DNA from: Candidatus Parcubacteria bacterium | GTDB taxonomy: Bacteria > Patescibacteriota > Minisyncoccia > UBA6257 > JAGOQP01 | Assembly (NCBI GenBank): GCA_025999395.1 | Contig: AP024682.1 | Span: 69,386 to 133,385 of the forward strand | DNA: 64,000 nt | Direction of reading: 5' to 3' | Shown: positions 50,704 to 59,839 of the stretch, piece by piece | Numbering within the stretch: position 1 is the stretch's first letter | How the letters are laid out: every line of letters starts with the position of its first letter | Position numbers and translations under genes: made by a program | The notes under the pieces: generated by a model | What the model was told of the DNA's origin: nothing | Database searches by the model: none | What the model saw: only the letters and a program-made list of their open reading frames with translations

Positions 50704-52548
50704 ATGCGAAATAAAATAGTTAAAAATATTTTAGTAGCAGTTTTAATCTTTATCTCAATCCTGCTTTTCTTTTCCACTCTTTCTCTTCCTCAAAAAGAAG
50801 AGGTAGCCAAGCTAACCTTAAATGATTTGGCTAAAGGAATTAATGAAAATCGAGTGAGCCGAATCGTTGTTGAAGGAGAAATCATCAAAGCTACTTTTAT
50901 CGATGGCAAAAAGGGAGAAACTAAAAAAGAAGTTGAGACAAGCTTATCAGAAACTCTCAGAAATTTTGGAGTAGCTCCAGAAAAACTTTCTCAAATCCCT
51001 ATTGAGATTAAAGAAGAATCGAGTCTAAAGTTCTGGGCCAGTATTCTTTTACCCAGTTTAATCCCGGTAATTATTATTGGAATCTTTTTCTGGCTAACTT
51101 TTCGGCAGGCGCGTTCGGGAGCTTCTCAAGTTTTTAACTTTGGAAAATCAAACATTCGTCTCTTCACCCCCTTTAAAGACAGAATCACTTTTGCTGATGT
51201 GGCCGGCTTAAAAGAAGCCAAACAAGAGCTGATGGAAATTGTTGATTTTTTAAAAAATCCTAAAAAGTATTTGGACTTAGGAGCTCAAATTCCCAGAGGA
51301 GTTTTACTTTTAGGACCACCGGGAACCGGAAAAACTTTAATGGCGCGAGCAGTTGCTGGAGAGGCTGGAGTTCCCTTTTTTCATATTAGCGCCTCTGAAT
51401 TTGTGGAGATGTTTGTGGGAGTAGGAGCTTCTCGCACTCGAGATGCTTTTGCAACCGCCAAAAGAGCAGCCCCTTCTATTCTTTTCATCGATGAAATTGA
51501 TGCGGTGGGAAGAGAAAGAGGAGCCGGGCTGGGAGGAGGACACGATGAAAGAGAACAAACCTTAAACCAAATCCTGGTAGAAATGGATGGATTTGAAAAA
51601 GATGCTCAAGTAATTGTTTTAGCAGCTACTAATCGTCCTGATATTTTGGATCCAGCGCTTTTAAGGCCCGGACGATTTGATCGCCGAGTGGTTTTGGATC
51701 TACCGGATTTATCAGATCGAGAAGAGATCTTAAAAATTCACGCTCGCAACAAGCCTCTGGCTGCCAATGTTGACTTAAGACAAGTGGCTATTCGCACACC
51801 GGGATTTTCTGGAGCAGAATTAGCCAACTTAGTAAATGAAGCTGCTATTTTAGCCGCTCGCAAAGGAAAAAATAAAATTGAACAAATAGAGTTGTATGAA
51901 GCAATTGAAAAGGTTTTACTAGGACCAGAAAGACGTTCACGAGTACTCAGTAAAAAAGAAAAAGAAATCACCGCCTACCACGAAGCCGGACACGCATTGG
52001 TTGCCGCCTGCCTAAAACACGCTGACCCCGTTCATAAAGTTTCAATCATCGCCCGCGGACAAGCTGGAGGCTACACTCTTAAACTTCCCAGCGAGGATAT
52101 TTATCTTAGAACTCGAAAACAATTTTTGGCTGATATGGCAATAATGTTTGGAGGCTACAGCGCCGAAGAAATTACTTTTGGTGATATTTCTACCGGTGCT
52201 TCCAATGATTTACAAGTTGCCTCAGAAATGGCTCGAAAATTGGTAACTAAATATGGAATGAGCGAAAAGTTTGGCCCCCTAACTTTTGGAAAAACTCAAG
52301 AGCTTATCTTTTTAGGAAAAGAAATAACTACCGAGAAGAATTATTCAGATGCTATTGCCTATGAAATAGACAAAGAAGTAGAAAAATTAATTCAAAGATC
52401 TTATCAAGCGGCCAAAAAAATTATTCAAAAGAAAAAAGGAGTTTTGGAATTTATTGCCAAAACCTTAATAGAAAAAGAAACTATCGAAAAAGATGAGTTT
52501 GAGGAAATCATTAAAAAATTCAAAATCAAAAAAGAAGAGATAAGCTAA
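50704..52548 (+). CDS. ftsH: ATP-dependent zinc metalloprotease FtsH
   Basis: 614 aa; two TM; AAA module GPPGTGKT; HEAGH zinc motif. Confidence 0.95.
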   Translation: MRNKIVKNILVAVLIFISILLFFSTLSLPQKEEVAKLTLNDLAKGINENRVSRIVVEGEIIKATFIDGKKGETKKEVETSLSETLRNFGVAPEKLSQIPIEIKEESSLKFWASILLPSLIPVIIIGIFFWLTFRQARSGASQVFNFGKSNIRLFTPFKDRITFADVAGLKEAKQELMEIVDFLKNPKKYLDLGAQIPRGVLLLGPPGTGKTLMARAVAGEAGVPFFHISASEFVEMFVGVGASRTRDAFATAKRAAPSILFIDEIDAVGRERGAGLGGGHDEREQTLNQILVEMDGFEKDAQVIVLAATNRPDILDPALLRPGRFDRRVVLDLPDLSDREEILKIHARNKPLAANVDLRQVAIRTPGFSGAELANLVNEAAILAARKGKNKIEQIELYEAIEKVLLGPERRSRVLSKKEKEITAYHEAGHALVAACLKHADPVHKVSIIARGQAGGYTLKLPSEDIYLRTRKQFLADMAIMFGGYSAEEITFGDISTGASNDLQVASEMARKLVTKYGMSEKFGPLTFGKTQELIFLGKEITTEKNYSDAIAYEIDKEVEKLIQRSYQAAKKIIQKKKGVLEFIAKTLIEKETIEKDEFEEIIKKFKIKKEEIS

Positions 52549-52556
52549 GAAACCAA

Positions 52557-52592
52557 ACCAAAAACACTCTCCCTCCACGAGAGTGTTTTTGG
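52557..52592 (+). terminator. rho-independent terminator after ftsH
   Basis: ACACUCUC-ccuccac-GAGAGUGU followed by a U-run, ~10 nt after the stop. Confidence 0.8.
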
Positions 52593-52632
52593 TTATGGAC
52601 AAAAACTCAAGCTCGGTTGCTAATAAAATTTG

Positions 52633-52705
52633 TCGGCGCGGCAGGACTCGAACCTGCGACCAATCGTGTATAAGACGACCGCTCTACCAACTGAGCTACG
52701 CGCCG
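52633..52705 (-). tRNA. tRNA with anticodon UAU (Ile-like; reads AUA)
   Basis: Hand fold: acceptor CGGCGCG/CGCGCCG; D-arm GCTC-AGTTGGTA-GAGC; anticodon arm GTCGT-CTTATAC-ACGAT; T-arm GCAGG-TTCGAGT-CCTGC; CCA not encoded. Confidence 0.65.
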
Positions 52706-52843
52706 AATTCTTATTAAAATCTTTCGATATTTAAGTTTTCAAATTCTTTTTTCCTTATATATCTATAATAAAAAACTCCCATCTTTTCAAGTCAATAAAA
52801 AAATGGTAGCTTATAATCAGAACTCAAAGAAAGGAGGTGAAAA

Positions 52844-53062
52844 ATGATTCCTCTCTCATCTGGATTGTTTATACTGGCATCCATCTTGCTTTTCCTTGCT
52901 ATGTACGAATCCAAAATTCCACCACGCAAGAAAATTGTTATTCTTGCTGCCGCTCTTTTTCTATTCTCTCTCGGTGTGAAAAAGGCAATCGACTTTCACG
53001 CTCAGCCCCCACTTCCCAAAACCCAACTCACTCCTACCGCGCTCCCTTTCCCAGCCCAATAA
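52844..53062 (+). CDS. small membrane protein, hypothetical (higher GC than surroundings by eye)
   Basis: 72 aa; strong RBS AAAGGAGGTG 6 nt upstream; one TM; Pro-rich tail; own terminator. Confidence 0.45.
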   Translation: MIPLSSGLFILASILLFLAMYESKIPPRKKIVILAAALFLFSLGVKKAIDFHAQPPLPKTQLTPTALPFPAQ

Positions 53063-53078
53063 AAGGGCTGGTTTTTTT
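53051..53078 (+). terminator. rho-independent terminator after the small membrane-protein gene
   Basis: CCAGCCC-aauaaaa-GGGCUGG followed by U7. Confidence 0.75.
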
Positions 53079-53123
53079 AACAAAAATTTACTTCTTAGTC
53101 TAAATTCTATATGATGTTTCATT

Positions 53124-53750
53124 ATGCCTTGGCTTCAGCAGATAATTGAAAACTATCCTCATCTAGTTTATCCTCTTATCTTCCTAATAATTATCGCGGA
53201 AGGAGATTTTTTTCTTCTTTTTTTGGGGTTTCTTGTAAGAGAAAAATTTTTAGTCTTTTGGAAAATTTATTTAATTGCTGTTTTAGCTGCCACTCTTCAT
53301 GATCTTTTTTTCTGGGCAATAGGAAGACGTCTTTTTGAACTTAATAGAAAAAAATATCTTTTTATTAATTTAGAAAAAATAACAGAAGTATTAGAAAAAA
53401 TAAGAGCTAATATCGGATTTTTTATCTTCTTTTCCAAGTTTGTCTGGAATTTAAACAGAATTACTCTTGTTTCCGCCGGCTATTTAAAAACCAGTTTTAA
53501 AGATTTTATTAAATATTCCTTTTCTGCTTCTTTAATTTGGCCTTTAGTTCTTCTTTCTTTGGGATATGTTTTCGCTGATCAAACAGAGGTTTTCAAGCAG
53601 AAATTTGAAACTGCGAGCTTGATAATCTTTCTTTTAATAATTTCCTTTGCCGCCGTTCAATTGTGGCTTAAAAAGATATTTCAAACTTATCTTTTAGAAG
53701 CTAAGAAAAAACTAAACGGTATTAAAGACAATTTGAATAACAAGCAGTAA
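53124..53750 (+). CDS. DedA/VTT-family membrane protein
   Basis: 208 aa; polytopic; DedA-type N-terminal region PLIFLIIIAEGDFFLLFLGFL. Confidence 0.7.
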   Translation: MPWLQQIIENYPHLVYPLIFLIIIAEGDFFLLFLGFLVREKFLVFWKIYLIAVLAATLHDLFFWAIGRRLFELNRKKYLFINLEKITEVLEKIRANIGFFIFFSKFVWNLNRITLVSAGYLKTSFKDFIKYSFSASLIWPLVLLSLGYVFADQTEVFKQKFETASLIIFLLIISFAAVQLWLKKIFQTYLLEAKKKLNGIKDNLNNKQ

Positions 53751-53801
53751 AATATATTTGAATAAAAAAAATTTTAGGGTAAAATAAAAAAGCTCTTTTA
53801 A

Positions 53802-53875
53802 GGGCGGCTAGCTCAGCTGGCTAGAGCGCTTCGTTTACACCGAAGAGGTCTGAGGTTCGAGTCCTCAGCCGCCCA
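53802..53875 (+). tRNA. tRNA-Val (anticodon UAC)
   Basis: Hand fold: acceptor GGGCGGC/GCCGCCC; D-arm GCTC-AGCTGGCTA-GAGC; anticodon arm CTTCG-TTTACAC-CGAAG; T-arm TGAGG-TTCGAGT-CCTCA. Confidence 0.85.
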
Positions 53876-53893
53876 CTTGATCAAACCCCTAGT

Positions 53894-54934
53894 TTAAGAA
53901 AGGGCTTCGATAATTTCTTCCAAACTCAAAACGAGAGGATCTTTGTCGTTATAAATCCAAATTCGGCCTCGAATAAACTTTCCTTGAAATTTATTCCCCA
54001 ACTTATTCTTAATTCGTTCTTCATCAAAATCTCTATCCTTTAAAGTTACCGCAAAACTTTTTTGAGGAGTAAAGTTAATAATGCCATCGTATTTGACATA
54101 AGCAGCCGAGGAGCCGACTCTTAACTCATTATTAACATTGACAACCACTTTTCCATAAAAAGTATCAATAACCTTTCCTTCTTTTTCCATTCGTTCCAAA
54201 GTTTCCATTGATTCCTCTACAATTTTTTTCTGTTCCAAAGCGGCCTTACCCAATCCGTATTTCTCCAATTCTTCCAAAGTTAATTCTTCGGTGGGAGACT
54301 CGTGTTCTTGAAAATAAGCGTAAAGAATATCAAAGTCTAAAGAGCGTTGAAGACCAAGAATAGTTTTCCAGCTCCTTAAAAATTCCTCGGGAGGGATTCG
54401 GCGATTATCAATAGCTGTTACAAATTGAACCAAGCGATCTAGGGCGGGAGATTTTTCTAACAAACCCAAATCCGCCATTGTTTTGTAAACAATCTCGGCA
54501 GTTGAGGTTACTTCTTTGGCGCCCGGCGCGTGATGATCAAAATAAGCAGTATAAGTTGGCTCTTCATAAACCGCTCCGAATTTATCGCCGGTATCGAGAT
54601 TAATTGCTCCCTCTAAATATTCTCCCGGTTTCACATACTTAAGATTGGTAGTATCGATCCCGGCCATTCTTAAAAGACCCAACGCCACCTTACCATCTAA
54701 ATCAGTGAAGGGGCGGAGAACTTGTTTTCCTTCTTTCTGATCGAATTGCAATACTCCCGAAACCGCAAATTCTTTCCAATATTTCTTGGTGGCCTCCTTA
54801 AATTTTTCATCTGCCTCCTTTAAAGTAGCGGCGTTTAACTCCTCCCAAGAAGAGACTTTATCTAAGGTAATTTTAGCTGCCTCTCGAGAGTATTGATACT
54901 TTTGCTCTTCAAAATTTTGTTTGTTTTCGTTCAT
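53894..54934 (-). CDS. hypothetical protein (possible degenerate DHH-like motif)
   Basis: 346 aa; soluble; contains DTGD...YFDHH, which faintly resembles DHH phosphoesterase motifs II-III; otherwise unrecognised. Confidence 0.4.
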   Translation of the reverse strand: MNENKQNFEEQKYQYSREAAKITLDKVSSWEELNAATLKEADEKFKEATKKYWKEFAVSGVLQFDQKEGKQVLRPFTDLDGKVALGLLRMAGIDTTNLKYVKPGEYLEGAINLDTGDKFGAVYEEPTYTAYFDHHAPGAKEVTSTAEIVYKTMADLGLLEKSPALDRLVQFVTAIDNRRIPPEEFLRSWKTILGLQRSLDFDILYAYFQEHESPTEELTLEELEKYGLGKAALEQKKIVEESMETLERMEKEGKVIDTFYGKVVVNVNNELRVGSSAAYVKYDGIINFTPQKSFAVTLKDRDFDEERIKNKLGNKFQGKFIRGRIWIYNDKDPLVLSLEEIIEALS

Positions 54935-55165
54935 ATTTTTATTTGGTTAATTTTATTTGAGCTCGTTTACCAAAGCATTTTACACTACACCTGATAATAA
55001 TTCTAATGCTTCTACCATTTTATAATGGCCAGAAAATAATCCTGCTTAGCTAAGGATTTACTATGGGGTTTTTAACGATCAGGTGTGTGACACAGCGTCA
55101 GAAAAGTCACTTTCCGCATGAAATCTAGCTATTTTTAACATTTCCTTCGTTTTGCGACATATGTT

Positions 55166-55221
55166 AAAAAAAGCTAGTATTTATGCGGAAACTCACTTTC
55201 CGCATAAAATCTAGCTTTTTT
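55166..55221. repeat. nested ~55-bp palindrome (AAAAAAGCTAG-tATTTATGCGGAAA-ctcac-TTTCCGCATAAAAt-CTAGCTTTTTT); a half-site copy lies at 55108..55130
   Basis: Read directly from the sequence: a 13-bp inverted repeat nested inside an 11-bp inverted repeat. The right arm recurs 86 bp upstream. Confidence 0.8.
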
Positions 55222-55256
55222 GAAAATCACCCATTTTTACCCCTAAAAAATGACTA

Positions 55257-55280
55257 AAAATGTTTCACGTGAAACATTTT
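55257..55280. repeat. 24-bp perfect palindrome AAAATGTTTCACGTGAAACATTTT (copy 1)
   Basis: Exact dyad read from the sequence; an identical copy lies 227 bp downstream. Confidence 0.85.
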
Positions 55281-55357
55281 TGTCAAAAATTCGATTAATT
55301 GGCACAAATCACTTTCGGCTAAAAATGTTGGCTTTATACACTTTGAATATTTTGCTG

Positions 55358-55395
55358 AAAAAAATCCGGCAATCTACTACATTGCCGGATTTTTT
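55358..55395. terminator. strong hairpin, bidirectional-terminator-like (AAAAAAATCCGGCAAT-ctactac-ATTGCCGGATTTTTT)
   Basis: 15-bp perfect stem flanked by an A-run and a T-run; a third copy of the ATTGCCGGAT arm lies at 55446..55455. Confidence 0.55.
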
Positions 55396-55483
55396 AGCTA
55401 ACAATTAAAAAATTGAGATTTTTAGCGAAAATTTTTAATTGATGATTGCCGGATTCGTATAATTTTGTCGCTTTCTCGAAAAT

Positions 55484-55507
55484 AAAATGTTTCACGTGAA
55501 ACATTTT
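55484..55507. repeat. 24-bp perfect palindrome AAAATGTTTCACGTGAAACATTTT (copy 2), just upstream of the -35 of the YraN-family gene
   Basis: Exact copy of the 55257..55280 palindrome; a putative TTGAAC-16nt-TAGAAT promoter follows at ~55511..55541. Confidence 0.85.
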
Positions 55508-55549
55508 TGTTAATTTTGAACTTATATATTCATATTGTAGAATATTGAT

Positions 55550-56098
55550 ATGGATAAAAAAGAGGTTGGATTCACAGGAGAAACCATTGCCTGTGGATAT
55601 CTTGAGAAAAAGGGGTATCACATAATAGCAAGAAATTATCGAACGAAATTTGGAGAGATAGATATAATCGCTAAATCACCAGAAAAAATCTTGGTATTTT
55701 TTGAAGTAAAGACACTCTTAATGAATAATAACCATCCGGATTCTAACAAATTGAGTTATCCACAGACATCAGACAATGTTGTGAATAATCGGTGGATAAT
55801 TCGGCAATTGTCATATTTAAAAAATATAGTTTTAAAGCCATATTATAAAATTCTTGGTAAAAAAAGCGGCAATAAAGCGGCAATGAAAATATTGCCGGAT
55901 ATCGATAGAAACGACAGATTCCTCCCGGAAGACCAAATTTCACATTCAAAAATGAGGCGCTTTAAAAGAATTTCTCTCTGGTATGCTAATCTTAATCCGT
56001 CGCTTACAAAAGATAATGGCTTCCGTTTAGATGTAATTGCAATAGAAATGAAAGATAAAGATCATTACACAATTAGACACTATGAAAACATAACTTAG
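55550..56098 (+). CDS. YraN-family (UPF0102) endonuclease-like protein with ~60-aa internal insertion
   Basis: 182 aa; the N-terminal G.TGE..A..YL...GY.I.ARNYR...GEIDIIA......VFFEVK and the C-terminal RLDVIAIE match the UPF0102 core, split by a ~60-aa insert; leaderless-looking start. Confidence 0.65.
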   Translation: MDKKEVGFTGETIACGYLEKKGYHIIARNYRTKFGEIDIIAKSPEKILVFFEVKTLLMNNNHPDSNKLSYPQTSDNVVNNRWIIRQLSYLKNIVLKPYYKILGKKSGNKAAMKILPDIDRNDRFLPEDQISHSKMRRFKRISLWYANLNPSLTKDNGFRLDVIAIEMKDKDHYTIRHYENIT

Positions 56099-56240
56099 TA
56101 AGAAACTTTTAAAAAAACATCTCTTGACAACATTAATAAAATATTTCAAAACTAAAATTAGCTTTTGTCTATTTTTGACTTTAGTTATAAAATTTAATCG
56201 CCTTTTAATTCACTGACAAAAAATTAATTCTTTTAAGCAT

Positions 56241-56777
56241 ATGGCTGGACACAGTAAGTGGGCTCAAATTAAAAGAAAAAAAGAAATCTCTGATCAGAAA
56301 CGAAGTCAAATTTTTTCAAAGCTCTTAAGAGCCATTTCAATTGCTGCTAGAGAAGATCCTAATCCTCAGTATAATCCTCGTCTTAAAGCAGCTATTGAGA
56401 AAGCCAAAGAAAATAATGTCCCTCAGGAAAATATCGAGCGAGCCATAAAAAGATCTCAAGAAACTGGCAATTTAGAAAACCTCTTAATTGAAGCCTATGG
56501 TCCCGAAGGGATTGCTTTGCTAATAGAAGCGGTTACCAACAACAAAAATCGAACGGTAGCTGAAATAAAAAAAATCCTTTCCGATCACAACGCCAAATGG
56601 GCTGATCCGGGAAGTGTGATGTGGGCTTTTGAAAAAGATGAAAAGGGAGAATGGGAGTCAAAGTTTCCTCAAAAAGTTTCTCCTGAAACCAAAGAAAGGC
56701 TTTTGGCTCTTTTAGAAGATTTAGATAACCATGATGATGTAGAAGAAATTTATACCTCAGCTGACCTTTCGGATTAA
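56241..56777 (+). CDS. YebC/PmpR-family transcriptional regulator (short form)
   Basis: 178 aa; N-terminus MAGHSKWAQIKRKK is the YebC signature; conserved synteny with ruvC. Confidence 0.85.
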   Translation: MAGHSKWAQIKRKKEISDQKRSQIFSKLLRAISIAAREDPNPQYNPRLKAAIEKAKENNVPQENIERAIKRSQETGNLENLLIEAYGPEGIALLIEAVTNNKNRTVAEIKKILSDHNAKWADPGSVMWAFEKDEKGEWESKFPQKVSPETKERLLALLEDLDNHDDVEEIYTSADLSD

Positions 56778-56795
56778 CTTAAAAAATCAAAACTT

Positions 56796-57275
56796 ATGAA
56801 AATTATAGGAATTGATCCCGGCAGTACTCGAGCTGGATTTGGAATAATCAAGTTTCAAAAAAATAATCCCCTTTTTCTTAAAGGAGGAATTATAAAAGTA
56901 ACCGCCTCAGAAAAAAATCGTCGGCTAGTAGAATTAGAGCGAGAATTTCAAAAATTAATAAAACATCAAAAAATAGAAGCAGCAGGAATTGAAAAACTTT
57001 ACTTTGTAAAAAATCTTAAAACTGGGTTGGAGGTAGCTCAAGCAAGAGGGGTGCTTCTTTTGTGCCTTTCAAAAAAAAGAGTTCCTATTTATGAATGGAC
57101 ACCCACAGAAATAAAACAAATAATTACCGGAAATGGCTCGGCCGATAAACAATCGATCGAAAAAATGGTGAAAATAATTTTAAGAATAAAGGAATTTAGA
57201 CAGCCAGATGATGTTTTTGATGCTTTGGCAATTGCTTTGGTTACCGGCTATCATCTTTCTTCCCGCCTAAAATAA
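56796..57275 (+). CDS. ruvC: crossover junction endodeoxyribonuclease RuvC
   Basis: 159 aa; the N-terminal IGIDPGS with catalytic Asp and the overall length fit RuvC. Confidence 0.9.
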   Translation: MKIIGIDPGSTRAGFGIIKFQKNNPLFLKGGIIKVTASEKNRRLVELEREFQKLIKHQKIEAAGIEKLYFVKNLKTGLEVAQARGVLLLCLSKKRVPIYEWTPTEIKQIITGNGSADKQSIEKMVKIILRIKEFRQPDDVFDALAIALVTGYHLSSRLK

Positions 57276-57388
57276 CTTAAGATCTTGACACTTTATTTTT
57301 TTTAGATATATTTCTTTTTGTTGTAAAGTTTAATAGTCTAAGAGACTTGAATTAAAAAGGTCGCTAGGTTACTAAAAAATAAACAAAA

Positions 57389-57616
57389 ATGTTAACACAA
57401 GAAATTTTTACCTTAAAAAGAGGTATCGTGGTCAGTCAATTGGAAGAAGAGGAAGAAGATTACATCGAGGACGAAGACGAATTAGAATCTGAAGAAGAAC
57501 TTGAAGACGAAGAAGGAGAAGAAGAGGGAGAAGACGAAGAAGAGATGGAGGAAGGAGAAGAAGGAGAGTTAGAAGATTTCGGAGATGAGGAGATGGGAGA
57601 AGAGTTTGAAGAATAA
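57389..57616 (+). CDS. small highly acidic protein (Glu/Asp low-complexity), hypothetical
   Basis: 75 aa; ~20-aa ordered N-terminus followed by ~55 aa of mostly E/D; own promoter-like TTGACA-16nt-TATATT at ~57290; terminator follows. Confidence 0.4.
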   Translation: MLTQEIFTLKRGIVVSQLEEEEEDYIEDEDELESEEELEDEEGEEEGEDEEEMEEGEEGELEDFGDEEMGEEFEE

Positions 57617-57636
57617 AAAATTTAAAAACAAAAAAA

Positions 57637-57680
57637 TAAAATCCCGTCTTTTTTTGCCAAGAGACGGGATTTTATTTTAG
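57637..57680 (+). terminator. rho-independent terminator after the acidic-protein gene
   Basis: AAAAUCCCGUCU-loop-AGACGGGAUUUUAUUUU. Confidence 0.75.
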
Positions 57681-57709
57681 CCAAAGAAAGGGTAAAATAA
57701 AAAAGTCTT

Positions 57710-59836
57710 ATGTTGACCAGATCAAAAAAATTTTTGTTTTTCCTGATTTTATTCCTTTTGGTTTTAGGGGTTTGGAGTGGGTGGCAATTAATTCAAATAG
57801 TTAAAGAACTTCCTCACCCCGAAAGAATAGACAACCTTCAACCAATCCAATCCACCAAAATTTATGATCGCAGTGGAGAAATTTTGCTTTGGGAGATTCA
57901 TGGGGAACAAAACCGAACCGTTGTTCCTTCCGAAGAAATTCCTGATTATGCCAAAAAAGCAACGGTAGCAATCGAAGATCAAGGTTTCTATAATCATTCG
58001 GCTTTAGATCTTAAGGCTATTTTTAGAGCTTTATTAAAAAACATAATTACTGGCAATTTTTCTCAAGGAGGCTCAACTATCACTCAGCAATTAGTAAAAA
58101 ATGTTTTCCTCACTCCCGAAAAAACATTAAAAAGAAAGATAAAAGAAATTATTTTAGCTTATTGGATTGAAAAAAATTATTCTAAAGATCAAATTTTAAC
58201 CCAATACCTTAATCAAATCCCTTACGGCTCAAACGCTTACGGGATTGAGTCGGCAGCTAAAATGTTTTTTGGAAAAAAAGCTAAAGATTTAACCATTGCT
58301 GAATCGGCAGCGTTGGCAGCTTTAATTCAATCCCCCTCTTACTACTCTCCTTGGGGAAGTCATCTAGAAGAACTAATTAATCGAAAAAACTATGTTTTAA
58401 AACAAATGAAAAATTTGGGATTTATTGATGAGCAACAATTAGAACAAGCACTGGGAGAAAAGTTAAATTTCCTTGCGCCAAATATTGGTTCTCTTAAAGC
58501 GCCTCACTTCACTATGATGGTTAGAGAATATTTGATTAACAAATACGGGGAGGAGGCAGTAGAGAATGGAGGGTTAAAAGTTATCACCACGCTTGATTGG
58601 AAAATGCAAGAAAAAGCCGAGGCGGCTGTAAAAGAAGGAGTAAAAAGAAATAAAGAATTATATAAAGGCGATAATGCCGCTCTTGTTGCTCAAGATCCCA
58701 AAACTGGTCAAATTTTAGCTTTAGTTGGCTCGGCTGATTACACTGATAAATCGATTGACGGTAATTTTAATGTTGCCGTCCAAGGGAAAAGACAACCCGG
58801 TTCCACTTTTAAGCCGTTTGCTTATCTAACCGCTTTTAAAAAAGGATACACCCCTCAAACCATCGTTTTTGATGTCCCCACTGAATTTTCTCTAAATAAA
58901 GAAAGATGTCCGCTAGAAGTTAATTTTTCTAATAGAGATCCTTTTTGTTTTCATCCTCAAAATTTTGATGAAATTTTTAGAGGACCAGTTTCTTTTAAAC
59001 AAGCTTTAGCCCAGTCTATTAATATTCCCTCGGTAAAAGTTTTATATTTGGCTGGCTTAAAAGAGACTATTGAAACCGCCAAAAAATTAGGAATCACCAC
59101 TCTGGGAGACGAATCTCGCTACGGACTTTCCTTAGTCTTGGGAGGAGGAGAGGTAAAGCTTATCGATTTAGTGAATGCTTATTCGGTTTTTGCTCAAGAG
59201 GGAATTAAACACCCCCAATCTTTTATTTTGAAAGTAGAAGATCAAAAGGGAAGGGTTTTAGAAGAATACAAAGACGATCCTGTTCAAGTAATCGAGCCTC
59301 AATATGCCAGACTTATTAACGACATTCTTTCAGATGTTAATTTAAGAGCGGGACTTTTCCAATCAAGCCTTTCTTTAACTACCTTTGAAGGTTATCAAGT
59401 AGCTTTAAAAACTGGGACCACCAACGACTATAAAGACGCTTGGGTGGTTGGTTATACTCCTTTTCTAACTGTGGGAGTTTGGGCCGGAAGAACCGATAAT
59501 AAACCAATGGAAAAAAGAGGGGGAAGTATTTTGGCAGCGGTTCCTATTTGGAACTCCTTCTTAAGAGAAATAATTTTCAACTATCCTCCCGAAACTTTTA
59601 CTCCTCCTGATCCGGTTAGTTCAAGCGTTCCTATGCTTAATGGGGAATATATCATTCAAATTAATAATTCTCCTCATATTCATAACATTCTTTATTACAT
59701 CGACAAAGACAACCCTCAACAGCCGGGAAGTCAACCCAACCCCGGCAACGATCCTCAATTTGATAATTGGGAATACGGAGTAATTGAGTGGGCCAAAAAG
59801 AATATCAGCAATTTTCTTTCAGATTACAACCACTAA
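57710..59836 (+). CDS. class A penicillin-binding protein (glycosyltransferase GT51 + transpeptidase)
   Basis: 708 aa; N-terminal TM; GT51 motifs EDQGFY, GGSTITQQL and RKIKE; transpeptidase STFKP and KTGTT. Confidence 0.9.
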   Translation: MLTRSKKFLFFLILFLLVLGVWSGWQLIQIVKELPHPERIDNLQPIQSTKIYDRSGEILLWEIHGEQNRTVVPSEEIPDYAKKATVAIEDQGFYNHSALDLKAIFRALLKNIITGNFSQGGSTITQQLVKNVFLTPEKTLKRKIKEIILAYWIEKNYSKDQILTQYLNQIPYGSNAYGIESAAKMFFGKKAKDLTIAESAALAALIQSPSYYSPWGSHLEELINRKNYVLKQMKNLGFIDEQQLEQALGEKLNFLAPNIGSLKAPHFTMMVREYLINKYGEEAVENGGLKVITTLDWKMQEKAEAAVKEGVKRNKELYKGDNAALVAQDPKTGQILALVGSADYTDKSIDGNFNVAVQGKRQPGSTFKPFAYLTAFKKGYTPQTIVFDVPTEFSLNKERCPLEVNFSNRDPFCFHPQNFDEIFRGPVSFKQALAQSINIPSVKVLYLAGLKETIETAKKLGITTLGDESRYGLSLVLGGGEVKLIDLVNAYSVFAQEGIKHPQSFILKVEDQKGRVLEEYKDDPVQVIEPQYARLINDILSDVNLRAGLFQSSLSLTTFEGYQVALKTGTTNDYKDAWVVGYTPFLTVGVWAGRTDNKPMEKRGGSILAAVPIWNSFLREIIFNYPPETFTPPDPVSSSVPMLNGEYIIQINNSPHIHNILYYIDKDNPQQPGSQPNPGNDPQFDNWEYGVIEWAKKNISNFLSDYNH

Positions 59837-59839
59837 AAT

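Noticed and set aside
55394-55621. 75-aa minus-strand ORF spanning the palindrome-rich spacer and the start of the YraN-family gene
   Set aside because: It overlaps the YraN-family start and runs through hairpin and repeat DNA. It has no RBS and is likely spurious
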